A stretch of DNA of 62,881 bases, filler included. It is 6 parts of 6 records of this genome, joined end to end, with 100 filler letters (N's around TTAATTAATTAA, not from the genome) between each part and the next. Parts side by side here need not be neighbours in the genome. Positions count along the whole stretch, not along the records: positions 37,323 to 50,427 come from DRR723986_9399; positions 50,528 to 62,881 come from DRR723986_9407; 4 more parts are not named here. The stretch is one strand, 5' to 3'. The notes under the pieces are model-generated. The model worked only from the letters and a program-made list of their open reading frames with translations. It did not search any database and was not told the DNA's origin. Shown here piece by piece: positions 48,925 through 59,376 of the stretch. Made by a program: the position numbers and the translations under genes. Every line of letters starts with the position of its first letter. Positions within the stretch are counted from its first letter, which is position 1.

Positions 48925-50244
48925 ATGAAGTTACGCGTTATCGCAAGTGTGGTGTTGAGTACTCTGATGGCCGGAGCCGCCAATGCCACACCAGGCTGGC
49001 ATGATGAACGTCAGTGGATGCCGCCTGGGCTGGAAAAGGCATGGCACGATCACCGGGGGCATAAGGGTTGGCACAAGTATCAGGGCAAGCCATCGGTTCA
49101 GGTGGGCGCGAGGCCGTACTGGTTGGTTGAGGATATGGATGACGGCCCGCTCAAGGAACGTCTCAATAGCTGTGACGTGCGCAACTTCCAGGCTACGGAC
49201 TTCTCGATTGGCCACCGGGGAGCGCCCCTGCAGTTCCCGGAACATACCCGGGAGTCCTACATCGCCGCCGCCAGGATGGGCGCTGGCATTCTGGAGTGTG
49301 ATGTTGCTTTCACCAAGGATCGCGAGCTGGTGTGTCGCCACGCCCAGAATGATCTGCACACCACCACCAACATTGTCACCATTCCGGAATTGAACGCGAA
49401 GTGTACCCAGCCGTTCGTCCCTGCTGATCCGGCATCCGGCACTCCGGCCAAGGCTGAATGCCGGACCAGTGACATCACCCTGGCGGAGTTCAAGACCCTC
49501 GAGGGTAAGATGGACGCCTACGATCCGATGGCGACCACACCGGAAGAGTATGTCGGCGGCACTGCTGACTGGCGCACCGATCTGTATGCCAGCCGGGGCA
49601 CCTTGATGACCCACCGCGAGAGTATAGAGCTGTTCAAGTCACTGGGCGCCAAGTTCACACCGGAGCTTAAAACGCCAGTGGTCGATATGCCGTTTGAGGG
49701 CGAGTACAGCCAGCGGGACTACGCCCGTCAGATGATTCAGGATTACATCGACGCTGGCATTAACCCGAAAGATGTGTGGCCGCAATCGTTTAGCCTGGAC
49801 GACGTACTCTTCTGGGTGAATGAAATGCCGCGCTTTGGTGAACAGGCAGTGTTTCTGGATCAGTCGCCGATCACGCCGGATACAGAGTCTCTGGCGCACA
49901 TGGAAAGCCTGAAGTCACGGGGCGTGAACATTCTGGCGCCAGCGCTCTGGAAAATGCTGGCGCTGGATAGTTATGGCGAGATTGAACCGTCTGAGTATGC
50001 CCGCAATGCCCGCATGGCTGGTCTTGATCTGATCGCCTGGACCGTCGAGCGTAGTGGTCCCCTGGCAAATGGCGGTGGCTGGTATTACCAGACAGTTTCG
50101 GATGCCATCAATAACGACGGCGATGTCATGAATGTGATTGATGTGCTGGCTCGGGAGGTGGGCGTCATTGGTGTGTTTTCGGACTGGCCGGCCACGACCA
50201 CCTATTACGCCAACTGCATGATGAACCCGAAAGGGCGCCGTTAG
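48925..50244 (+). CDS. Periplasmic glycerophosphodiester phosphodiesterase
   Basis: Signal peptide, [32 protein letters not shown] and GVFSDWP. Confidence 0.92.
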   Translation: MKLRVIASVVLSTLMAGAANATPGWHDERQWMPPGLEKAWHDHRGHKGWHKYQGKPSVQVGARPYWLVEDMDDGPLKERLNSCDVRNFQATDFSIGHRGAPLQFPEHTRESYIAAARMGAGILECDVAFTKDRELVCRHAQNDLHTTTNIVTIPELNAKCTQPFVPADPASGTPAKAECRTSDITLAEFKTLEGKMDAYDPMATTPEEYVGGTADWRTDLYASRGTLMTHRESIELFKSLGAKFTPELKTPVVDMPFEGEYSQRDYARQMIQDYIDAGINPKDVWPQSFSLDDVLFWVNEMPRFGEQAVFLDQSPITPDTESLAHMESLKSRGVNILAPALWKMLALDSYGEIEPSEYARNARMAGLDLIAWTVERSGPLANGGGWYYQTVSDAINNDGDVMNVIDVLAREVGVIGVFSDWPATTTYYANCMMNPKGRR

Positions 50245-50275
50245 CGGGAGCGGTGACACCTGTCTGATGCCTACA

Positions 50276-50312
50276 TTAAAGCCGGCCTGTAGGTTAGACT
50301 GGCCGGCTTTAA
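50276..50312. terminator. Terminator-like hairpin after the GDPD gene
   Basis: TTAAAGCCGGCC-N13-GGCCGGCTTTAA. Confidence 0.6.
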
Positions 50313-50332
50313 ACTGGCGTAAGGAGCCCAAC

Positions 50333-50427
50333 ATGATCTGGACCGTATACCTCTCCGGCGAAATCCACACCGACTGGCGCGAGCAGATTGCTGCGGGTGC
50401 TGAAGCGGCGGGCCTGCCGGTAGAGTT
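50333..50427 (+). CDS. YtoQ-family protein, N-terminus (truncated)
   Basis: AAGGAG RBS; MIWTVYLSGEIHTDWREQI is the characteristic YtoQ start. Confidence 0.8.
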
Positions 50428-50527
50428 NNNNNNNNNNNNNNNNNNNNNNNNNNNNNNNNNNNNNNNNNNNNTTAATTAATTAANNNNNNNNNNNNNNNNN
50501 NNNNNNNNNNNNNNNNNNNNNNNNNNN
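50428..50527. other. Artificial contig linker
   Basis: N44-TTAATTAATTAA-N44. Confidence 0.99.
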
Positions 50528-51421
50528 TGCCTCCTGGATGAGAAGCAGTCGCCCATCGAAGGTTCCCGCCTCGCTGGAATCGCCGGTCGTCAATGCGCCG
50601 TAGACCCGCTCCTGAAACACCTCGGGCAGGAAATACTGTCCGAACAGGAACAGGGCCGCCAGTGCAAGAGCTCCAATCCCGATGAAAGCCAGGATATGTT
50701 TGGCGGAGCCGTGGAAAAAAGAGATTCCAAATATCCCGACAACCGCGACGATGAACCCTGAATTCGATGCGGACAACAACAGGCCGTAGGCAACGGGTGC
50801 CACCAGTGCCAGGAACACGATGCCGGATATCTGGGAGATGAAGTAAAGCCACATCACGTAGACGATCCCTACTCCAGCCAGGAGACCGACCCCGTTTTCC
50901 CGCTCGATCAGTCCGGTCAGTCGACCGTTTCTGGAAAAGAAACGCGCATCGTCCGGGCTGAACACCGAATAGAGCACTCCGTGCAACATCACGAACACAA
51001 GGGAAAACGCCATCACCTTGCAAAGGAACATCGTCTCCCGCGCAGGACGCCCCAGAAGCAGCAGCGGTATGCATACAAACGAAAAGACGTACTGGATGAC
51101 GCCAACCGCACCCGTAAGCGGATCGCCGTTCAACAACGATCCGGCAATCAGGCCACTGCAAAGAAGCAATACCGAGAACAGCCAGAAAGACGTCATGTCC
51201 GCGAACGGGCGAAGCGGCACGCGCCTGTTTGCAATCATCACGACGAAAGCGGCGCTGGCGACGAGATCGGACAGCGTGAAGAACACGATGTCGGTTCGAA
51301 GATATGTCATTGGCGACAGGAACACCGCAGCGATGACAAGCAGGCGTTCGATTTCCTGGCTTGTCGTGCTCCGAACAGGGGAACCGCTGTGGGAAGAGAT
51401 CGGTATCGCGCTTGGGGTCAA
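50528..51421 (-). CDS. O-antigen ligase / Wzy-type polymerase (truncated)
   Basis: Polytopic; GRLTGLIERENG, LLLSASNSGF and GTFDGRLLL; lies in a polysaccharide cluster. Confidence 0.75.
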
Positions 51422-52755
51422 GCCGGCCTCCTCACGGTGGGCTGTCGGCGCGACCAGTAAAGGACAAACAAGGTGCCTGCCACGAGCGTGCCATTAAACA
51501 GAACATGAGCGACCGAAGCCCCGACCGGCCCCAGCATCCCGACCAGTGGTGCGAAACAGGCCAGGAACATGACGCTTCCGAGCAAGGTCACCCACAGAAG
51601 CTCGCGGTCGCGCCCCATGCTCAACATGGCCGGGTTGAGCACCATGGTTGCCAGGAGAAGTATGACCGCCAGCAACTGGACGTTGACCATGTTGGCGGCT
51701 TCGTTGAAGCCCGCGCCGAACATGACCGACAAGACGTATGGCATCAGGAAAGCGGCAGGAACCAGCACGACCACGCAAAGGCCAGCGATTGCCAGCAGCA
51801 CGCCATTGACGAGCTTGTAAAACCCGCGTTCCTCGCCGGAGCTCCATTTGCGGGCCAGTTCCGGAAAGATCGCCTGGTTCAGCGGGCGTCCCAGCTTGAG
51901 CGCGCTGTCGGCAACCCGGCGGGCTATGTGGAAAAATCCGACGAATTTCTCGTCAACGAGAACCGACAGCAGGATCACGTCAAGACGCTGGACTGTCTGG
52001 CGGATGATGACATTGAAGTTCGAATTCCAGAGAAACCGCAGAATTCCGGGGTTCTCTTCGCGTATGCCCCTGATCGGCAGTTGCATGAACTTGCCGTAGC
52101 CTCGCTGATGGACATATCGGAGCGAATAGACGAATGGCAGCAGACTGTTCGCCAGGCCTTCGATCACCGCAACGAGGACAAACCCCCAAAGGCCATAGCC
52201 CATCAACCATACGCCGGCAGACAGCACCAGACGCATCAGGGCGATACCGACATCAACCTTGGCAAGAACATCAAACCGGTCGAAAATTCTAAGGACCGCG
52301 ACCGCGGTCGGCTTGAGGTTCAAGAGAAGCGCCAGGGAAAACAAAGCCAGATAAGCCGCACTGTCCTCCGGCCAGCCCATCATTCGGGCGGTCACCTGAG
52401 CTGCAAGGATCGAAACCCCGGCAGCCAGCGTGCTGCCTGCAAGGTTCACGTAAACCGAACCCTTCAGCAACCGCATGAACCGGTTGCCGTCATCATCTGA
52501 CAGAGCGTCGACACCGTATTTGATCACGGCTTGCCAGGGCTCCAGCCGCAGCAGCCGGTCGACAATGCGAACATAAGCCTGAAAGATCGCAAACAGGCCG
52601 AGGCCAGCTGGACCAAGCGACTGAGCCATGATGGCGAGGGTCCCGATGCTGATCACCCCGCTGACCGCCTGGGACGAGAAGACCCATGAAAAATTGCGCA
52701 TGAGCCGACCGGCGGTCTGGCTGTCTTCAGCAGAGAGGTTGATCAGGCGGGCCAT
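51418..52755 (-). CDS. Polysaccharide flippase (Wzx/MOP family)
   Basis: AQSLGPAGLGLF, RLDVILL..VGFFHIARR, PLNQAIFPEL and LGPVGASVA; about 12 TM segments. Confidence 0.88.
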   Translation of the reverse strand: MARLINLSAEDSQTAGRLMRNFSWVFSSQAVSGVISIGTLAIMAQSLGPAGLGLFAIFQAYVRIVDRLLRLEPWQAVIKYGVDALSDDDGNRFMRLLKGSVYVNLAGSTLAAGVSILAAQVTARMMGWPEDSAAYLALFSLALLLNLKPTAVAVLRIFDRFDVLAKVDVGIALMRLVLSAGVWLMGYGLWGFVLVAVIEGLANSLLPFVYSLRYVHQRGYGKFMQLPIRGIREENPGILRFLWNSNFNVIIRQTVQRLDVILLSVLVDEKFVGFFHIARRVADSALKLGRPLNQAIFPELARKWSSGEERGFYKLVNGVLLAIAGLCVVVLVPAAFLMPYVLSVMFGAGFNEAANMVNVQLLAVILLLATMVLNPAMLSMGRDRELLWVTLLGSVMFLACFAPLVGMLGPVGASVAHVLFNGTLVAGTLFVLYWSRRQPTVRRPA

Positions 52756-54161
52756 CAGTCATCCAGCTCCCGGTCGCCGGCAAGCTCTGCCAGCCAAAGC
52801 TGAATGTAGGACTGGTCCGTTCCTGCAACGATCTGCCAGGGATCGTCCGGCTGGCCGGCATCAAGCCCCGTTGTTGACTGCTCCCAAGTGTCAGGAAACC
52901 CGTCGCCGTCACTGTCCACGATCCGTTCTTCCGGTTGGAGGTCCGGCCAGCCGCCGACTTCGGATGGGGAATCGATCACCTTGCCTTTGCAATCGCGAAC
53001 GGTTTCGACAAGTTGCTGGTCGAGCGAGTCCCGATGCTGGCCCGATGGCAGGCGATCGCCCACTCCCTCAAGCACAAGGTCGAGCACTTCGCTTGCCTTG
53101 ACGCGCGGGACGGACAGTGCGCCGGTCACACCCTCGATGATCTCCGCTCCGGGATCGGCATCGACTTGCCGAAAGGGGCGGTCTTGGTCGCAGCGTCCAC
53201 GGTCGATTGCGAGAATGTCATCGACCTGAACTTCAAGTCTGTACTGGTCGCTTGCCATGATTGCTTCAACTGCTGCGGGCCGTCTGTCGACGGTGCTCGG
53301 GCCGGTCAGCGCAACATTGCCGGCATAGACGATAAACGCGTTGCCGTAGTAATTTCGAAACTCTCCGAATTGACTGATCGGATTGTAGAATACGCTGTTC
53401 ACGACCTCGACCGGCCCGTCATCATGGCCGTATATATCGGGATTTCGGTCCCGATTGTGAGCGAAGAGGTTTCGCCAGAGGCTCACGCGTCCGCAATCGA
53501 AATCCCGGCCGTCTCCAGAGCAGATCAAGGCCCCCTTGGAGTGGCGCCCTTTCGGGTGGTTGGCATGATCCAGAGCCCAGGCGGAAATGCTGTTGGCGAC
53601 CGTTATGTCGCTGGACCGTTCGCGGGAAACGTGGATGCCGAGGTTCTCGTCGGTCGAGAACATCAGGGACAGATGATCAAGATAAACGCGCGTCGCGTTT
53701 TCAAGCGTCACCGCATCGACCGACGACGAAGGCTGCTCGCTCGGTCCCGGGCGTACCTTGAGAAACCTGACGACGACATCGCTGGCATTCTTGATGATGA
53801 CGGGCGTGGCGCGGGACTTGCCCAGTCTGATCTGGATCCCCTGCCCGGGTGCCGTCTGACCTGCGACGTAGAGGTTTGAGCGAAAAAAGAGCGGGGTGTC
53901 GAGCGTGATCGTTCCGCTCACCTGAAAGACGCAGATCCGAGGCATTTCGCCCTTTTCGACACAGGCTCGCAGAGAGCCGGCGCCAGCATCTGCGAGCGTT
54001 GTGACGGGGATGACCTCGCCTCCGGTCCAGCCGGTTGCAGATGCTCCGAACCCGACCGCCCCCGGAAAGGCTCGAGGCGCGGCCTCGGCCGCCAGCGTTT
54101 GCGACATCAAGAGGCTGAGGACGATAAGGACTGCAGCCTGTGTTCTGTTCCTAGCCATCAT
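52755..54161 (-). CDS. Secreted pectate-lyase-like beta-helix protein
   Basis: Signal peptide, AFPGAVGFG...GGEVIPVTTLADAGAGSLR, AGQTAPGQGI, LDHLS..TDE, HNRDRNP and DSDGDGFPDTWE. Confidence 0.85.
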   Translation of the reverse strand: MMARNRTQAAVLIVLSLLMSQTLAAEAAPRAFPGAVGFGASATGWTGGEVIPVTTLADAGAGSLRACVEKGEMPRICVFQVSGTITLDTPLFFRSNLYVAGQTAPGQGIQIRLGKSRATPVIIKNASDVVVRFLKVRPGPSEQPSSSVDAVTLENATRVYLDHLSLMFSTDENLGIHVSRERSSDITVANSISAWALDHANHPKGRHSKGALICSGDGRDFDCGRVSLWRNLFAHNRDRNPDIYGHDDGPVEVVNSVFYNPISQFGEFRNYYGNAFIVYAGNVALTGPSTVDRRPAAVEAIMASDQYRLEVQVDDILAIDRGRCDQDRPFRQVDADPGAEIIEGVTGALSVPRVKASEVLDLVLEGVGDRLPSGQHRDSLDQQLVETVRDCKGKVIDSPSEVGGWPDLQPEERIVDSDGDGFPDTWEQSTTGLDAGQPDDPWQIVAGTDQSYIQLWLAELAGDRELDD

Positions 54162-55956
54162 TCACCACGATCCCGACGTTTGAGGCGTTGTTCAGTTCGA
54201 GTTGCTGAGCGGCTTTCGAAAGGTCTTCGAAGCGTGTCTTCTTCATGCGCGCGACCAGCAGCACTGCCTGCGCGACACTGCCGAGGCGGCATGACGCGTC
54301 GTCGCTCAGTACCGGTGGGCAATCGACCACAATTAACGAGTACTTGCGGCGCAGAACGCTGAGTGACGCTTCGACACTGGACATGTTGTTGAACCGCATT
54401 GGTACGGGCCCCGGTGCAGGGGCGACTATCGACAGATGCGGATGGCCGGGCAAATGCCACGCGGCTGCATCGATCCGCAGAGGGTTGCTCAGAAGATCGA
54501 GAAATCCGTTCGCAGTGCGTTTGCGCGAGAGGGTCGAGATCAAGTCCCTCGGCGAAGGATCAAGATCGACCAGCAGAACATCTTCACCCCCCGCGGCCGC
54601 ATATGCGGCAAGTGCGAAACTGAGTGTACTCCGGCCCTCCCGGCTCCCCGGTGACGTGATCAGAACCATTGCACCGGTCCCATTCTCGGCCCTGGTGTTT
54701 GTTCGTACGGCGGTGTGCAGGGGTGCGATCTTGTGCAGCGCCCGCCGCAAGTTCCCGCTCCTGGTCGTCCATGCCATACGGTTTACGAATTTCCGTGAAA
54801 GGGGAGGCAATTGCCCCAGAACCGGTGCGCGGAACGCGGTTATCTGCTGCGGCCACCGCAGACGTCCGCGAAGGTTTTCCCGCAAGAGCGCCAGAAGGAA
54901 ACCGAAAGTGAGCCCGCTGATCAGCGCGCCCACCATTTCGGTTTTGGGAGAAGGCGAAACAGGTCTGGTCGTTGGGATAGCGATCGACACTTGCCGCGCG
55001 ACCGGGGTCAGTAGTGCTTCCTGCAATGCGAGTGCTTCAAGCTGATCGAACAAGAGATCATCCTGTCTTCGCATCGATTCCAGTCTCCGTTCGAAGCCGG
55101 TTTTCTCAACTTCGGCCGCTGAACGTGCGTCGAGTTTTGCCAGCGTCGCATCCAGGTCGGCCTTGAGTTCTGCAGACTCTTGCAAGGGTACTCCGCGTTC
55201 TTCTGCCAGCGCCAATTGCGCCTGCAGGCGGCGAAGATTGTTGGTCAGGGTTTCCGTCTCGGTCAGATCGTCGAGATTGTTGGTTCTGGTGAATTCCAGA
55301 AGATTGGCTTCCGCATCTTTCAACGTCTCTTGCAGCGCGGATTGGCGCGACAAGATCGACATCTTGGTTCGTTCGACATCGGCGCGCTGTATCTCAAGCG
55401 TGTAGTCGACATAGTTCCGGGCGACAGCATTCGCGATGTCTGCTGCCAATTGAGGGCTGGCGTCCGTGGCGAGGATGTCCAGGGCGAAGGTCGTGGGATG
55501 CCAGATGATCTGATAGCTCTCCAGAATACGATCGACCGTGCTTTCCCTTCCGGACAAGGCGCTCTGACCCGTCCCGGAAATCTCATCAGGTACGACTTCC
55601 TCCGCTACCCTTGCTGCGAATTCCCGCGACTTCATGACTTCGATTTCGGTGGCCAGTTGAAGCATCGACAAGGTTCTGGCCCGCAACCGGGCACCGAACG
55701 GATCGAGACGCAGGACCGCGTCATCAAGCACCAGCGTGGCCTGCGCACTGTAAGTCGGCACAACAGTGGTGAGCCGGAACCACATCAGGGCACCCGAGGC
55801 CAATATGCACAGGACGATCAGAACCGCATTTCTGAAGATCAGCGTCAGAATCTGGATATTCTCTGGTCTGAAATCGGCAGCACCTTCGGCATGGCGATCA
55901 CGTTTTGACACCTGATCAGCCACCTTTCCGGCGGTTTGAGAGCTGGTGTTGATCAA
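54151..55956 (-). CDS. Wzc/ExoP-like chain-length determinant with a degenerate kinase domain
   Basis: Wzz-like N-terminus (PTYSAQATL), PVSPSP-TM, Walker A variant SREGRST, LLVDLD and VVDCPP; no Tyr tail. Confidence 0.85.
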   Translation of the reverse strand: MINTSSQTAGKVADQVSKRDRHAEGAADFRPENIQILTLIFRNAVLIVLCILASGALMWFRLTTVVPTYSAQATLVLDDAVLRLDPFGARLRARTLSMLQLATEIEVMKSREFAARVAEEVVPDEISGTGQSALSGRESTVDRILESYQIIWHPTTFALDILATDASPQLAADIANAVARNYVDYTLEIQRADVERTKMSILSRQSALQETLKDAEANLLEFTRTNNLDDLTETETLTNNLRRLQAQLALAEERGVPLQESAELKADLDATLAKLDARSAAEVEKTGFERRLESMRRQDDLLFDQLEALALQEALLTPVARQVSIAIPTTRPVSPSPKTEMVGALISGLTFGFLLALLRENLRGRLRWPQQITAFRAPVLGQLPPLSRKFVNRMAWTTRSGNLRRALHKIAPLHTAVRTNTRAENGTGAMVLITSPGSREGRSTLSFALAAYAAAGGEDVLLVDLDPSPRDLISTLSRKRTANGFLDLLSNPLRIDAAAWHLPGHPHLSIVAPAPGPVPMRFNNMSSVEASLSVLRRKYSLIVVDCPPVLSDDASCRLGSVAQAVLLVARMKKTRFEDLSKAAQQLELNNASNVGIVVNDG

Positions 55957-56202
55957 AAACAGGGATCGTCTCCTTCATTGTGTCGCGCGTGTGCGCCGAA
56001 CCATGCGATCGCTTGAAATTGCGGAACACCAGATCAGAACTTGACCGGCGCCGCGGCACTTGATGCAATTTTCATAACCTGCGCGTGAAACACTGGTGCG
56101 CAGCGAAATGTCGAAAAACTCCAGATAAAACAGCATATCAGACACGGCTTTTCGGTGGATCGTGTCGACTGAAAGGGTCGCGCCACCGCGACGGAAGCTG
56201 TT

Positions 56203-58113
56203 TCAACTTGGCGGTTTGTAGATGTAGCCGTTGTTATAGGCGTAGTATCCTCCTGCCCGGTGAGCTCCATAGTCGCGAAGCGAATATCGCCGCATGTCGA
56301 TGTCGTTCAACACCACGCCAGCGAGTGGGATCTGATTGAACCGCAAGGCTTCTGCCGCCGTTCCAAGCGCATCTTCCGACGTGCGTCCCCAGCGGGCGAT
56401 GAGGATCACGAAGTCCGCAAGCGACGCCAGGCGGTTTGCTTCGTCGGCTGCCAAAACGGGGGCCGTATCAATCAGGATGACGTCATAGGACGCGCGCAAT
56501 TTTCTCAAAATCGCCTTGCCACGAGGCGTATTGAACACGCGCCTCGGAATGATGGAATCCTGAGCGAACGACAGGAGATTGATCTGTCCGAAACGGGTGC
56601 AAGGCACTATCTGCGCGTCGAAGACGTTCTGATCCTCCCAGATTTCCTGAGGCGTTTCCTTTGGGATTTCGCAACCTGACATGCGTGTCAGGCCATGCCG
56701 GTGGATGTCGAGGTCGATCAACAGCACCCGGTGTCCTTCCTGGGCGGCGGAAACCGCGAGTGAGAACGTCAGGGTCGTCTTGCCTTCGTTGGCAAGTGCC
56801 GACGTTACGGCCATGACCATGCTGTCCTTTTTCCGGATCTGGTTGGAAAGCAGTGTGAGCAGGCTCCGCAACGCCAGCTGGTACGGTGAATTCTCCTGCC
56901 TGGAGGTTCTGCTCAGAAAGAGTTCCTGCTTGTCCCTCTTCCGCCAGTACCGGATCCGCGGAACGTAGCCGATGGTTCGCAGGCCCAGGTACTGCATCGT
57001 CTGGGTACCGGTCCAGACCCGGCGGTCGAACAATTCGCGCAACAGCACCAAGGCCAGACCGATAATCAGGCCGCCGGCAATCCCAAGCGCAAAAATGACG
57101 GGACGGTTGGGTGTCGCCGGTTTCAGCGGAGCGGAAGCCACCGTCACCTGGCGGGCATCGGGCTGAAGAAAGTCGATCTGTGTTTCCAGTGCGTTACGCC
57201 GGTCTACAAGTGCCTGGTACCTGGCAAGATCCGCATCCAGCGACCTCTGCAGCTTGGACTGTGTCAGTTCGGCGCGCGTTCGCTCCTCAAGCTTCGTTTC
57301 CACCTCGGCAAGGCGCTGTTTGCTTTCATTGATCCGGATGGAAGACGCATTCTGGTCGCGCGCCAGATTGAGGATAGACGTCAATCTGTTCAGCTCTGCC
57401 CTCAACTCGTCGCCGAGGCTGGTGTCGTCCAGTTCGTTTTCGCGAATGAGTTCCGCCAGACGCGCTTCCATCTCGCTCAGGCGACCGCCGAGTAACGTTA
57501 TCCGGTCCCACAATTCTGAGATTGAATACTGTACGGCTTTCTTCTTGTCCCGAAGAGAGTCATCGATGTAGGTGCTTGAGAGTGTATTGGCCAGTTGCGC
57601 AGCCATGACGGCATCGGGATGCCGCACACGAATATCGAGCGCCAGGCTCTCGCCTCGCCGCTCAACCGTGTAGCTGTTGAGCATGCGTACCAGGACCGCT
57701 TCGAATTGCTGTTCATCGGTGGGAACCGGCGTTTCGGTCGCCGAAAGGTACGGATTGAAATAGGTGTCTGAGATCAGGTTCAGTTCGCTGGCGACCTTGC
57801 GGGCGAATTCGACTGAGCGCAGAAAATCGATCTCGGTCTCGATGTGGATAAGCGACGTGTCGGAATTCTCGATTGTCGTCTCTGTCGGATTAATTCTCGT
57901 TTCGACCTTCGCCAGAATGATGGTCGACCGTGCGGCATATTTTGGCTGAATGACCTGAAGAGCAAGATAGGCGGCCCCCAGACCCAGCAACATGGCCAAG
58001 GTCAGCCAGATCCAGTTCCTTCGCAACACCTTGAAAATGGCAAAGAAACCGAACTGTATCGGACGTTCAGCGAATGCATATTGCTCCTGCTGCGAGTCAA
58101 CAATACTGCTCAT
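56203..58113 (-). CDS. Wzc/ExoP-like polysaccharide co-polymerase with tyrosine autokinase
   Basis: PKYAARSTI, PATPNRP-TM, ANEGKTT, LLIDLD, IDTAP and Tyr cluster YSLRDYGAHRAGGYYAYNNGYIY. Confidence 0.9.
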   Translation of the reverse strand: MSSIVDSQQEQYAFAERPIQFGFFAIFKVLRRNWIWLTLAMLLGLGAAYLALQVIQPKYAARSTIILAKVETRINPTETTIENSDTSLIHIETEIDFLRSVEFARKVASELNLISDTYFNPYLSATETPVPTDEQQFEAVLVRMLNSYTVERRGESLALDIRVRHPDAVMAAQLANTLSSTYIDDSLRDKKKAVQYSISELWDRITLLGGRLSEMEARLAELIRENELDDTSLGDELRAELNRLTSILNLARDQNASSIRINESKQRLAEVETKLEERTRAELTQSKLQRSLDADLARYQALVDRRNALETQIDFLQPDARQVTVASAPLKPATPNRPVIFALGIAGGLIIGLALVLLRELFDRRVWTGTQTMQYLGLRTIGYVPRIRYWRKRDKQELFLSRTSRQENSPYQLALRSLLTLLSNQIRKKDSMVMAVTSALANEGKTTLTFSLAVSAAQEGHRVLLIDLDIHRHGLTRMSGCEIPKETPQEIWEDQNVFDAQIVPCTRFGQINLLSFAQDSIIPRRVFNTPRGKAILRKLRASYDVILIDTAPVLAADEANRLASLADFVILIARWGRTSEDALGTAAEALRFNQIPLAGVVLNDIDMRRYSLRDYGAHRAGGYYAYNNGYIYKPPS

Positions 58114-58245
58114 GAAGATCCCCCAAATGCCGACGAATTCCGCCGGATTGTCCTGGTATTGAAGTCGATTTTGCCGGGCGCTCCGATATCGGTCCGCGCC
58201 AGGTCCGTTGCCACGGACATCGCGGTACCTGCAGGGCTGACAGGC

Positions 58246-59373
58246 TCACGCATTCGCATGTGAATAGCCCTCCCCTGCCGGTTTGCCGCGGTTGAATGCT
58301 TCCTTCCGGGCCGCGTCGGAAATCGTCCGGTCCCAGAGGGCTAGAATGGTCTCAGGTGCCAGTTTTTGCTGCAGGCGGACATTCGCATCCGCCATTGCGG
58401 CCCTCAGGGTCGGGTTGGACATCAGACGACCTATCGCGTCGGCCAGTGCCCCGACATTGCCGTCCTGAACCAGAAGTCCGTTCACGCCATCGAAGACCAG
58501 TTCCCTTGGGCCGTAGGCGCAGTCGAACGCCACGACGGGAAGCCCGCTGACGACAGCTTCGGCGACAACGTTCGGAAACCCTTCGAAACGGGACGAAAGA
58601 ACCAGAATGTCGGAAGTCCGGATCCATTCTCCGTGCCTTGCGCTCTTGCCCGGCAGGGAAACAATATCCTGAAGACCAAGACGGTCACGCTGCGCTTCCA
58701 GGGAAGCACGGGCGGTGCCTTCTCCATAGATCGTCAGTCTTGCATCCGGCTGTTTTTCGCGCACCAGAGACATGGCGTCGATGAGCAGATCAAAGCCTTT
58801 CTGGTGATCCAGTCGTCCAACGGCAACGAGCCTCTTTCCACCGGGTGAAGGGGCCACACCGTCGATCGGCGCACAGGGGTTCGGAATCACCTGGGCACAG
58901 GGTTGTACCCGCGCCGGCAGGTCCTGCCGTGCCCGCTCGGTCTGCATGACCATCGCGGCGGCCCTGGGCATCAGCGCATTCTGGGCACGGCGCCAGAGCG
59001 GGTGTGCCTTTTGTGCCAGCGGATTGTTGCGCTCGGACGCGATCACAGGCACCGACGAACCGGTGGCCAGAAGGGTCAGAACGTTGACCTTGGTCAGGAA
59101 CGAGAGGCACACATTCGGCGATAGAGCCCGTACCAGCTTGCGGATACTGGCAAGCCGGCGCAACGGCAGGGGAAGCAGCCCTCTGCCGGTATCCCTGTCG
59201 AGAACGTGCAGGACGACGTTGTCCGGATAGTCGAAATACGATCCTGCATCGGGACAGGTCATTGCTGCGACGTGCACTTCATCGCCAAGCTCAGCACGAT
59301 GTGCCGCCAGCATGGCAACGATCTTTTCCGTGCCGCCTGCGCCAAAACTAGCCTGAACGAAGAGCAGTTTCAT
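58246..59373 (-). CDS. Glycosyltransferase family 4
   Basis: GGTEK, VGRLDHQKGFDLL and SRFEGFPNVVAEA. Confidence 0.93.
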   Translation of the reverse strand: MKLLFVQASFGAGGTEKIVAMLAAHRAELGDEVHVAAMTCPDAGSYFDYPDNVVLHVLDRDTGRGLLPLPLRRLASIRKLVRALSPNVCLSFLTKVNVLTLLATGSSVPVIASERNNPLAQKAHPLWRRAQNALMPRAAAMVMQTERARQDLPARVQPCAQVIPNPCAPIDGVAPSPGGKRLVAVGRLDHQKGFDLLIDAMSLVREKQPDARLTIYGEGTARASLEAQRDRLGLQDIVSLPGKSARHGEWIRTSDILVLSSRFEGFPNVVAEAVVSGLPVVAFDCAYGPRELVFDGVNGLLVQDGNVGALADAIGRLMSNPTLRAAMADANVRLQQKLAPETILALWDRTISDAARKEAFNRGKPAGEGYSHANA

Positions 59374-59376
59374 GGT

